Source of the DNA: Bdellovibrionales bacterium
Lineage (GTDB): Bacteria; Bdellovibrionota; Bdellovibrionia; Bdellovibrionales; UBA1609
Assembly: GCA_027317865.1 (NCBI GenBank)
Contig: DAHVQG010000013.1
Span: forward strand, 17,718 to 81,717
Reading direction: 5' to 3'
DNA: 64,000 bases
Each line of letters opens with the position of its first letter. Within the stretch, counting starts at the first letter, position 1. The notes beneath the pieces were generated by a model. That model worked only from the letters and a program-made list of their open reading frames with translations, had not been told where the DNA came from and did no database searches. Positions 29,380-37,836 of this stretch are shown one piece after another. The position numbers and the translations under genes were made by a program.

Positions 29380-29793
29380 CTAATTAAGCAATACGCAAGT
29401 TTCCGGCGGCAATGTCTCGCTTGAATTATCTTTAGCTGAAGAAAGAGTGATGACGAGTGTGCCATGACTGCTGTCTTTCGGAGTAATTGCCATTTTATAA
29501 TTTGCCGTTCCCATCCAACCCATTTGCATGGTTCCAATTCCAACTAATGAAAGTGGTCCATTGGAGGTCCATGAAGTCGTTGTTAACTGCAAGGCTTGAT
29601 TGATGTTACTGTCATCTTTGCCAAGCCACATTTGATGAGTTTGCGTATCAAGCCAGACATAGCCTGCCCCATCACTTGCTCTGCACTCAATATTCGCTTG
29701 TCTTGATTGGGCCGACTGCGCAAAACTGATTGAAGTCGCACCCATGATTACACCCGTTGCAATCATCGTTAACAAATTTAATTTTTTGTTCAT
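29380..29793 (-). CDS. Small exported beta-rich hypothetical protein
   Basis: SD AAGGAG before ATG 29793; signal peptide ending SFA; one Cys near each end of the mature domain. Confidence 0.75.
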   Translation of the reverse strand: MNKKLNLLTMIATGVIMGATSISFAQSAQSRQANIECRASDGAGYVWLDTQTHQMWLGKDDSNINQALQLTTTSWTSNGPLSLVGIGTMQMGWMGTANYKMAITPKDSSHGTLVITLSSAKDNSSETLPPETCVLLN

Positions 29794-29829
29794 GATAGTG
29801 TCTCCTTCGTTTTTTTTCCTCAAATCGAA

Positions 29830-30645
29830 TTAATTAAAACCGCAAAATTCACGTGCGATTTCCAACGCTCTTTTGCGAAATTCTAATATTTTTTTATCCT
29901 TTGTGTTCCAAGAAAATATTATTTTTTCTAAGTTAAAATCGCGATTTTCAAATATTGTATACAATGATTCAAAGGGGCCAATCGCCTTATTTTCTGGAAC
30001 ATCAATGCTCACAACAAAGACACCGTTCCCGCCAATTTCACTATCAATCATACATTTTAGTGGGTAGTGGTTATTCTGAGAATTATTGTCATCAATTAGG
30101 CGTCTTAATATTTTTTGATCGTCGATCTTCTCTTCATTTTCGGCGTCGACATAAGTCGACGAAATCCCGTATCCGTTTTCGCCTTCAACTCCGAGCACAC
30201 GGAGCCCTTCGTGTAGGAATAAGTAGGTTTCCGCCGGATCATGAGATTTAAAGAGGTCGTCCCATTTAGCGTACATGTTTGGCTCGCAATCTAAGCGCAC
30301 GATATGGGGTTGAAAGTTAAACACATAAGCCATTTTTTGATGGTCAATTAGAAATTTGAGCTCATCGCCATTTTTCGGATCGTGCGTTGCACAGAGCGCT
30401 TTGAACAGATCTTGATTTTTAAGCGCAATCAGAAGTTCTGCGGGCTTGATTCTAGGATCTAGCTTCGATCGAGCATCTTTACCATAACGCATTATATGAT
30501 TCACGATGGAGTGCAACTTTGCAACGAACTGAGCCTCAATGTAATGACCACCGCCGCCAGCTGAGCCGCCGGCAAAGCTCAAATTCGGCATAAGTGTCAA
30601 AATAGCAGTCAATAATGCTAGCCCAGGATACATGTACTTAGTCAT
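29830..30645 (-). CDS. Exported protein with GGSAGGGG mature N-terminus and LHExxR motif
   Basis: SD GAGGAG before ATG 30645; signal peptide ending SFA; GGSAGGGG; YLFLHEGLRVLGVEGENGYGISS. Confidence 0.8.
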   Translation of the reverse strand: MTKYMYPGLALLTAILTLMPNLSFAGGSAGGGGHYIEAQFVAKLHSIVNHIMRYGKDARSKLDPRIKPAELLIALKNQDLFKALCATHDPKNGDELKFLIDHQKMAYVFNFQPHIVRLDCEPNMYAKWDDLFKSHDPAETYLFLHEGLRVLGVEGENGYGISSTYVDAENEEKIDDQKILRRLIDDNNSQNNHYPLKCMIDSEIGGNGVFVVSIDVPENKAIGPFESLYTIFENRDFNLEKIIFSWNTKDKKILEFRKRALEIAREFCGFN

Positions 30646-30666
30646 AAATTGCTCCTCAGTTGAACC

Positions 30667-30684
30667 ATTCAACTTTCACGCCAA
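30667..30684 (-). promoter_or_regulatory. Possible sigma54-type (-24/-12) promoter for the exported-protein operon
   Basis: Minus strand TTGGCGTGAAAGTTGAAT: GG and GA spaced as in TGGCACG-N4-TTGC, about 22 bp upstream of the start codon; -12 GC is replaced by GA. Confidence 0.35.
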
Positions 30685-30782
30685 AATAATGCAGGGAATC
30701 AATTTCGGATAGATTTTTGAAGTAAAAATAGTTATTATAAATTTACTTATAGGTAATTAATTGACTTTATATATATGATTTT

Positions 30783-31595
30783 ATGGCATTATTTAAATTT
30801 AGCGATACTAGGTCTTACCTTCGTTATTACCTGGCTCAACTCCCTAAAAAGGGGCGTGGTGAGATCAGTAAAATAGCGAAAGAACTACGGGTCAGTACAA
30901 CACTTGTGAGCCAAGTTTTGTCGGGCGATAAAAGCTTTACCTTAGAGCAAGCGCAACTGCTTTGCGAGTATCTCGGCTTAACTGGCATCGATGCTGAGTA
31001 TTTCATGCTTTTAGTTTTAAGTGATCGCGCAGGCTCAACGCGCCTTAAAAAATTGTGGCATGAGAAAATCGAAAAAATTCGTGAACAATCGTTGCAACTT
31101 TCTAACCGTGTAAAAGCCGATCGCATTTTAACTGATCACGAACGCTCCGTGTTTTATTCGTCACCACTTTATGCGGCCATTCAAATGTACACTTCGGTTG
31201 GAGTTAAGGGTAAATCGCTTGAAGAAATTTGTTTGCGTTTTGAGATCAGTCGAAAGCAAGCAGCCGAGATGATGAAGTTTCTTGTAGGAGCAGGTCTTTG
31301 TGTTGAAGAAGCCGATCGGTTTAAAATGGGAATTCAAAAAACACACCTCGGGCAAGGTTCACCGTTTTTACCAAGACACCATGCTAATTGGCGAGTTCGA
31401 GCGATTCAAAGAAGTGAAAATCTTGAAGACTCGGAGCTTATGTACACGGTTCCTGTCTCACTTTCGAAAAAAGATTTTTCGGAACTGCGAGAAGAGATGG
31501 CCGAATTTATCAAAAAGTTCCTCGATAAAGTTCATGACTCTGACGCCGAAGAGATCGCATGCTTTAACCTAGATTGGTTTTGGATAAAAAGGTGA
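30783..31595 (+). CDS. TIGR02147 family (HTH + DUF4423) protein
   Basis: KKGRGEISKIAKELRVSTTLVSQVLSGDK HTH; EYFMLLV..DRAG; FYSSPLY; HH.NWR; ACFNLDWF. Confidence 0.85.
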   Translation: MALFKFSDTRSYLRYYLAQLPKKGRGEISKIAKELRVSTTLVSQVLSGDKSFTLEQAQLLCEYLGLTGIDAEYFMLLVLSDRAGSTRLKKLWHEKIEKIREQSLQLSNRVKADRILTDHERSVFYSSPLYAAIQMYTSVGVKGKSLEEICLRFEISRKQAAEMMKFLVGAGLCVEEADRFKMGIQKTHLGQGSPFLPRHHANWRVRAIQRSENLEDSELMYTVPVSLSKKDFSELREEMAEFIKKFLDKVHDSDAEEIACFNLDWFWIKR

Positions 31596-31822
31596 AGCCT
31601 CCGCATGCGTTTAGAATTTGACCGGCCACACAAACCCGGCGTCGGCCACGTCGACGCTCGTGATGCATAAAGAGCCTTCGCTTGTTCGTGCCAGATCCAC
31701 TTTTGTAAATCACCAAGGTGCCCGTGTTGACGTGATTGCCCTAAACCTTGACAAAACTTTGTGTTTCAAACCGTCGGGTTTTTCTAAGTACGGGATCTTA
31801 AGAAATTCAATGGGTTGCAAGT

Positions 31823-31839
31823 GTTTGGATATCTGTGGC
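31823..31839 (+). repeat. Right copy of 17-bp direct repeat bounding accessory cassette
   Basis: gtttggatatctgtggc, identical at 25963-25979. Confidence 0.75.
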
Positions 31840-31854
31840 CTGGGCCAACCAATT

Positions 31855-32664
31855 TTAATTTGCGCGGCGAAGGGCGCTCACGCTGAAGCTCACGCCGAAT
31901 ATTGCTACTAAGAGCGCGACAATTGTCGGCCCGGTTGGCAAATCGTATTGATATGACAACACGATGCCAGCTATCGATGCTACGATGCCAAACAATGGCG
32001 CCAATTTGAGCACGCGACTCAATCGATCGGTTAAACAAAGAGCGCTTGCGCCCGGAGCCACGAGCATCGCGAAGGTGAGTAATGCCCCTACGCTGCGTAT
32101 GGCGACGGCGACTGCCACACCCAAAGCGCCGTAAAAAATCATATTCCACAATCCGACGCGAATACCCAGTGCTCTCCCCATGTCCGGATCATAAGCGGAA
32201 ATTAAAAATTCTTTCGAAGCCAAATATTGCAATAGAAGCAAGACTCCGAATACTCCGGCCATAAGCCAAAGCAACGAGACGGGTACCGTCAGGATATTGC
32301 CAAACAGAATGTTCAGAATTTCAGCCTCGCCTCGCGGGGCCTTGGCGATCAACAATATCGAAGCAGCGGCGCCCCCAGCATAGAGCATACCGACCATAGT
32401 CTCTGGGGGGAGTCTCTTGGAATCGGCAATGCGCGATAGAGCAAGAAATGTAATGACTGTGAGGCCTAATGCAATCGGAAACGGCGCCAATTGAAACAGT
32501 ACTGCCAACGCGACGGCAGCCGATGCGACTTCTGCAACAGCCGCGCCCGTAAAGACGATTCGTCGAAGTACGACGTAACCGCTCCACGTCGAAAGCCCTA
32601 TGGCTGCCAGAATACCGGCCAAAAAAATGTTGCGCATAAAAGGTTGAGTAAAAAGATGAATCAT
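31855..32664 (-). CDS. Zn/Mn ABC transporter permease (ZnuB-like)
   Basis: ILFGNILTV, YDPDMGRALG, VGALL..AMLVAPG, DLPTGPTIV. Confidence 0.9.
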   Translation of the reverse strand: MIHLFTQPFMRNIFLAGILAAIGLSTWSGYVVLRRIVFTGAAVAEVASAAVALAVLFQLAPFPIALGLTVITFLALSRIADSKRLPPETMVGMLYAGGAAASILLIAKAPRGEAEILNILFGNILTVPVSLLWLMAGVFGVLLLLQYLASKEFLISAYDPDMGRALGIRVGLWNMIFYGALGVAVAVAIRSVGALLTFAMLVAPGASALCLTDRLSRVLKLAPLFGIVASIAGIVLSYQYDLPTGPTIVALLVAIFGVSFSVSALRRAN

Positions 32665-32666
32665 AA

Positions 32667-33413
32667 TTATTCCGCTTGTTGTTGTTTAGTTTCTGAGGGG
32701 CGCGGGCGATAAGCGCCGGCGAGCACTTCGGGTTCGAGCATTGCGTTCTTTGAGCCGACAAGCAGGCGCCCGTCGAAGGTAATGAGAGCCACGCGTCTCG
32801 CGTAGCGTTCAATCGTGCTCAAAAGATGGGTGACAAACACGACGGTGGTTTGCTTAGCCGCTTGAAGCTCGGTAAGGAGTTCCATGATCGCGCGTTCAGA
32901 GTTGACGTCCATGCCATTGGTGGGTTCATCCAACAATAGGATTTCCGGCTCTGAAGCGAGAGCGCGCGCAATAAGTACGCGCTGCTTTTGCCCGCCCGAA
33001 AGTTTGCGGTAGGGTGTGTCGGCGAATGCTTCCATATGTGTTTGCTTCAAACTATCTAAGGCGATGCCGCGATCGCGGGCACCCGGCCGTCGCAGCGGTC
33101 CCAAACGACCGTAGCGGCCCATGAGCGCGACCTCAAGGGCAGTCAATGGATAGTGGAGATCCAAACTTTCTCTCTGCGGTACATACCCGAACAATCCGGC
33201 ATTGCTCTTTGCCGATGGGGCAAACTCAATTCGACCGGCTAAAGGTTTCAGAAGACCCAGCAGCGTTTTGAGAAAGGTCGTTTTACCAGCGCCGTTTGGT
33301 CCCATGATACCGAGAAAATCGCCACGCTCGATAACCAAATCGATTCCGTGCAAAACGGCATGCTTACCGTAACCAACGCTCAAGCCTTCAGATCGTAAAA
33401 GTTCGGATGACAT
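32667..33413 (-). CDS. Zn/Mn ABC transporter ATP-binding protein (ZnuC-like)
   Basis: GPNGAGKT, GYVPQ, LSGGQKQR, LLLDEP. Confidence 0.92.
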   Translation of the reverse strand: MSSELLRSEGLSVGYGKHAVLHGIDLVIERGDFLGIMGPNGAGKTTFLKTLLGLLKPLAGRIEFAPSAKSNAGLFGYVPQRESLDLHYPLTALEVALMGRYGRLGPLRRPGARDRGIALDSLKQTHMEAFADTPYRKLSGGQKQRVLIARALASEPEILLLDEPTNGMDVNSERAIMELLTELQAAKQTTVVFVTHLLSTIERYARRVALITFDGRLLVGSKNAMLEPEVLAGAYRPRPSETKQQQAE

Positions 33414-34360
33414 TATGACTTACCGGCACCTTTCTTATTGGCCGTCTTTTTAAGAGCGGCGGCCACACGATTAACGATGTGGTTGACCATCGAGATATAG
33501 CCCTTTTCTTTTGGGTTAAGCCCTATACCATACAAATCCACGCTAATATAGGGGACGTGCAGTGCCTTCGCAATCGTCTTTGCAATCGAGACAATGTAGT
33601 ACGGTTCGGTGATAACGAGTTTCACGTGCGCAGCTCTCGCTTCTTTGATAACAGTTTCAATTCGGCGAGGTGAAGGAACAAAACCTGGTTTTTCTTCAAT
33701 GGTGTGCGGAGGTCTGGGGATCACGAACCCGAACCCAAGGCCGAAGTAATCCCAGGATTCGTGATAGGGCAAAATAGCATCGCCTTTGTACGGTGCCAGT
33801 TCGGCTTTCCATTTTTTCTCGGCGGCTGTCAGGCGGGTATCGAATTTGGCGAGATTCTTTTTAAACAATTTCTTGTGGGAGGGGTCTGCAAAGACCAGTA
33901 CTTTTTCAATGTTACTCGCCATGATTCGTCCATCTTCGGGGTCGAGTTGAAAATGCGGATTGCCGAAGGGGTGAATGTCACCAAAGCTATAATCTATGTG
34001 TCCGGTTGGAACATCCAGCAACTTGATGCCCTTATAAATTTGCGCCTTGATGAGTTTGGGGTTGTTCGCTGATGTGATCAGATCGCGTGCCCAATCTTCG
34101 AGATCCAGCCCAATCATAATAAACACTTTTGCCCGGTGGATTTTGAACACATCTTGCGGTCTTGGCGAATATCCATCGGCATCGAATCCGGGCGGGGACA
34201 ATGTCGTAACGGACACCGCTTTTCCGCCGATGGTTCGAACTAGCGCTTCGATATAATCCGTTGTCGTGACAACGCGCAGGGGGTGGGCCCAAGCTGTAGA
34301 TGCAACTGCCGGTACAAAAACGACGAGAAGCAGAGTAAAATATTTTTTAAAGTTCGACAT
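33413..34360 (-). CDS. Zn/Mn ABC transporter substrate-binding protein (ZnuA/TroA-like)
   Basis: Signal peptide; LRVVTT, GDIHPFGNPH, YHESWDYF, EEKPG..PSP. Confidence 0.9.
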   Translation of the reverse strand: MSNFKKYFTLLLVVFVPAVASTAWAHPLRVVTTTDYIEALVRTIGGKAVSVTTLSPPGFDADGYSPRPQDVFKIHRAKVFIMIGLDLEDWARDLITSANNPKLIKAQIYKGIKLLDVPTGHIDYSFGDIHPFGNPHFQLDPEDGRIMASNIEKVLVFADPSHKKLFKKNLAKFDTRLTAAEKKWKAELAPYKGDAILPYHESWDYFGLGFGFVIPRPPHTIEEKPGFVPSPRRIETVIKEARAAHVKLVITEPYYIVSIAKTIAKALHVPYISVDLYGIGLNPKEKGYISMVNHIVNRVAAALKKTANKKGAGKS

Positions 34361-34387
34361 AGATTGCCTCCGAAAAAAGTTAAAAAG

Positions 34388-35614
34388 TTATTCTAGTTGT
34401 TTCAAATTGCCCATGGAGAATGTGGCCTGTAACGCAACCGCATCCGTTGCACGTTGCACACCCATTGCAGAAGTGTGGGTATATTGAATGCGTAGTCGCG
34501 TGTTATCCGAGACGAACCAAGTGAAATTAGGTGACAGGCTTACGCAACTGCCGTTAGTTGGCGCGCCCGGATAGGCGTCCGGGAAGGTACCGGATTGCGA
34601 AAGTGGGCCTGGCGCTTGAACCCAGTCCGCTAAGAACCCGACGTGGTAGAAGAGTGCGAAGTTGTAGTCGAGAAAGGTATAAAAACCGGTGCGCGATGAG
34701 GCATAAGTTGTACCGTGCCGTTGCGCAAACATCCCTTCTGCGCTCCACGTGAAAATCTGACGCTGAGTGGGCGCAACCTGTAGCTGGAAGTAAGGATCGA
34801 TGAGAGTCTCGGAATCACCGTAAGGTGAAGGCCCTTGCGCAAAACTGGCGCCCATTACCAACGAACCCGTTTCGAAAACGTCTTGCGCAACTTCTAAAGT
34901 GGCAAGGTAGCTGAGTGCGGACGCTGTCGACGATTGGTTTGCTCCCAACATGTCGCCTTGGCCGATGCTCAGGTAGGCTTTAAGATTGATATCCCACGGC
35001 ATAGGTATGACGTAGTCGAGTTGCATACCATCATCGCTGAGTCCGTCACCTAAATAATCTGAAAGTGCCTGTGGCCTATCGAGCATAGGCAATTGAAATG
35101 TGTCCGTCTCGTCCAGCAGTCCGAATTTTGGTTTGAACCGGCCGGCTCGAATTGCGACACCGCCGGGTAGTTTGTTAAACAATAGCCATGCTTCTTCCAC
35201 ATTGGCGACGCCGTTTTCGGGTAAATCGACGGAGAGCTGTGCATCCGTAAATGGATCGATGCGTGAGTTTGCAATGACTTGACCGTCGCGCAATTGCGGC
35301 TGTTGCGACGTTGTACTGTATCGCGGGTCGGTCGGCGGAATCGAGGTTCGCTCGTAAACCGCATCGCCGGCAAAGCCGAGATTGGGCAAGAAGACTTTGG
35401 GGACGCCCTGAACTGCTCCGACGATGAGACCGTTGACGCCGGAGCCTACGCTCGGACTACTCTGTGCGTAAACCGATTTGTTGCCTGCTAATGCCACCAA
35501 AAGACAGACTATATAGAGAGTCGGAAGTGGCACGTTGAAGATTCGATTGCCTCTGGCACTTTTGGACACACGGTCCTTATATATGAAACGCATGAAGTGA
35601 ATTCTCGCTTTCAT
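34388..35614 (-). CDS. Outer-membrane beta-barrel/porin associated with metal uptake
   Basis: IDPF..A, VEEAW, RAGRFKP.FG..., RLRIQY; first gene of the metal ABC operon; start uncertain (35614 or 35593). Confidence 0.7.
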   Translation of the reverse strand: MKARIHFMRFIYKDRVSKSARGNRIFNVPLPTLYIVCLLVALAGNKSVYAQSSPSVGSGVNGLIVGAVQGVPKVFLPNLGFAGDAVYERTSIPPTDPRYSTTSQQPQLRDGQVIANSRIDPFTDAQLSVDLPENGVANVEEAWLLFNKLPGGVAIRAGRFKPKFGLLDETDTFQLPMLDRPQALSDYLGDGLSDDGMQLDYVIPMPWDINLKAYLSIGQGDMLGANQSSTASALSYLATLEVAQDVFETGSLVMGASFAQGPSPYGDSETLIDPYFQLQVAPTQRQIFTWSAEGMFAQRHGTTYASSRTGFYTFLDYNFALFYHVGFLADWVQAPGPLSQSGTFPDAYPGAPTNGSCVSLSPNFTWFVSDNTRLRIQYTHTSAMGVQRATDAVALQATFSMGNLKQLE

Positions 35615-35625
35615 TGTTAGTTGTA

Positions 35626-35642
35626 ATGCAGGTAAGTTGCAT
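35626..35642. promoter_or_regulatory. Putative Zur box
   Basis: ATGCAGGTAAGTTGCAT, a 7-3-7 imperfect palindrome of the ATGCAACnnnGTTGCAT type, immediately upstream of the porin-znu operon and downstream of a Fur-family gene. Confidence 0.6.
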
Positions 35643-35790
35643 TTAGAATTTATCGGCGTCAAAGAATTAATAGTTCAGGAAGCAGCGCAGTGGTACAATT
35701 CTCAATATTAAAAAATCGACAATATTTCTAATGTACAACTGTTGCGCCGAAATATTCTTGGCAAAAATTGAAACGGCGGCGGATGGTAAT

Positions 35791-36237
35791 TTACTCACAA
35801 TCTGAACAAATTCCGAAAAATTCCAAAGAATGAGTGACGTGCTTATAGCCCCGTTTCTTTGCAATGTGATTGATGTTTTCAAGGTCACAATCATCTAAGG
35901 GCTCGACCTTATTGCACGATGTGCAAATGATGTGGTGGTGGTGATTAAGGCCCAAATCGGCAATTTCGTACCGGGCGATACTGTCACCAAAATCACAGCG
36001 TCGCAAAAGACCAATGTCACCAAGGCTCGAAATATTCCGGTAAATAGTCACAAGGTCACAGGACTTCTTCGATATTCTTTTGTAAATCTCTTCAGCTGTA
36101 AATGGCCCGTGGTCTGAAATCAAAACATCTAAAATTGCTTTACGCGGCTTGGTTAACTTAAGTCCGCTTTTTTTCAAATGCATGAACAAAATGTCACGGT
36201 CGGGATGAGTATGGGTTTTAGAGTTTACTTTAGCCAT
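35791..36237 (-). CDS. Fur family regulator, probably Zur
   Basis: LKLTKPRKAIL, TIYRN, HHHHIICTSC, HSLEFFGICSDC; adjacent to a znu-like operon. Confidence 0.9.
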   Translation of the reverse strand: MAKVNSKTHTHPDRDILFMHLKKSGLKLTKPRKAILDVLISDHGPFTAEEIYKRISKKSCDLVTIYRNISSLGDIGLLRRCDFGDSIARYEIADLGLNHHHHIICTSCNKVEPLDDCDLENINHIAKKRGYKHVTHSLEFFGICSDCE

Positions 36238-36303
36238 GCGATAAGATTTGTACTACTACAAATTGACTTGCCACTTCAAGAAAAAATAGTACGGGCAAAA
36301 TGC

Positions 36304-37734
36304 TTACTGCGAACCGGCCCTGTAAGCCCCACTGAAAACGGAAAAGTTAAATTGACGACGGTCAAAAGACCATTTGCGAACTCGACGGGAGAATCGCTCG
36401 GAGATTTTAAGCGGAATTGCAACTACGCCGCGTCTCAACGGACGCCAACCATTTAGATATGCTGAACCCAAAACTCCTAAATGAACTTTGGGCAGTTGAC
36501 GCGAGAATTGATAGGGGCGAATCCGTTTTACGAATATCCGCGCCAATTCTTTATCGCTAAAAAGCGACGCGGATTTGAAATATTTTAAGTAAACAGCTCC
36601 AATTTGGTGTTCGAATTGAACATCGTCAATCACAACAAATAATGTCAGGCGCCCATTTTGAATTTGCGGCCAACAATTTAAAAGCGCGTTACTTTCGAGG
36701 TCGAGGTAATGCCAAAACCGGCCGTCACGATATGCTGTAACCCATCCATTTGCGGCAACTGCGGCTTGAAACACGCCGTTGTTTTGCCATCGAATCGCTT
36801 CAAGTTTCGGCCGCTTCATTGTTAAAGTAAACGGGCTTTCAGTTTCAAAATTTTTTAAATCCGGCCAGATAAACATTTTTTCAAAGTGCGAGCGCGCTAA
36901 TTTCTCAAAAGTAGGGATCTTATTTAAGTCAATTAAAGTACGGTCGGGTAACGATCTAATTTCAGCGCGAATCAAATTCGATAATTCATATTTATAGGTA
37001 ATCAATATTGGAACTTTGAAATGCGCCAGATCTCTGCTCTTAATCGGCAAGTTCGAGGTGCCTTTAGTAATTAAGAAACCTGATTTCAGTGGTCGAATTT
37101 GTGTGAATGGGGTGTCGATGGCGTCAAGTTTGCTTTTCAACTCTGTTCCAATTTTATCTGCGATCAAATTTCTTATTGGTTGGGGATTGTTCAACTGCAT
37201 TCGGAGCGTATTAGTAAACGTCGCAGAAAAGCCTTTGGGACCACGACACGTTATGGGCGCAATCTCCCAACTCGAGCGCGGCCAACTCAACAAAAAAGAT
37301 GAAATCTTCACTTCGGCTGGTCGAGCCGAAAAGCGATAATTAATGTTCAGGCGGGCTTGAGCATGGCGTTCAGTTAACGTGATCGGCCCGCAGTCTGCCT
37401 TTAGGTGAATATTTAAGTTTACTCCATGGACCACTGTTTGGATAATTTGATCGACGCTCATATTTTTTATGTGCGCTTTCACCCATAGGCGGCTGGTGGC
37501 AATTGTGTACGATGCTGGAGTGAGTTTGCCGTTCGATAAAGCCGCTCTTGCTTTCAGGGTCAATCCGTCAACATGCCAGTCCAAATTGTCAAATTGCCAG
37601 GTTTGATCCGGAATGCTGATCGTTTGCCCATTGGAGATTTGCGAAAGGTCATTGCGTAGACGATGCCGCACAAAAGCTAGCGGAAGGTAAAGTGCGACGA
37701 ATAAAACTGTTAAACCGTTCATTGTCGTCGGCAT
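36304..37734 (-). CDS. Hypothetical beta-rich, basic protein (possibly BPI/TULIP-like fold)
   Basis: Long ORF with an N-terminal hydrophobic stretch; long beta-strand pattern plus a long helix; fold guess is weak. Confidence 0.5.
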   Translation of the reverse strand: MPTTMNGLTVLFVALYLPLAFVRHRLRNDLSQISNGQTISIPDQTWQFDNLDWHVDGLTLKARAALSNGKLTPASYTIATSRLWVKAHIKNMSVDQIIQTVVHGVNLNIHLKADCGPITLTERHAQARLNINYRFSARPAEVKISSFLLSWPRSSWEIAPITCRGPKGFSATFTNTLRMQLNNPQPIRNLIADKIGTELKSKLDAIDTPFTQIRPLKSGFLITKGTSNLPIKSRDLAHFKVPILITYKYELSNLIRAEIRSLPDRTLIDLNKIPTFEKLARSHFEKMFIWPDLKNFETESPFTLTMKRPKLEAIRWQNNGVFQAAVAANGWVTAYRDGRFWHYLDLESNALLNCWPQIQNGRLTLFVVIDDVQFEHQIGAVYLKYFKSASLFSDKELARIFVKRIRPYQFSRQLPKVHLGVLGSAYLNGWRPLRRGVVAIPLKISERFSRRVRKWSFDRRQFNFSVFSGAYRAGSQ

Positions 37735-37836
37735 ATTAGCCGAATATGTGACACCAATGCATGGCCCAAAAAAATATTTTAATAGTTTCGAAAAAACGTA
37801 GAAAAACTCGGTCGCACAAATAGAAAATAGCGGGCG

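Noticed and set aside
31618-31911. 97-aa plus-strand ORF at the cassette edge
   Set aside because: TTG start without a clear SD, no recognisable motifs, and it runs across the direct repeat and into the permease gene end.
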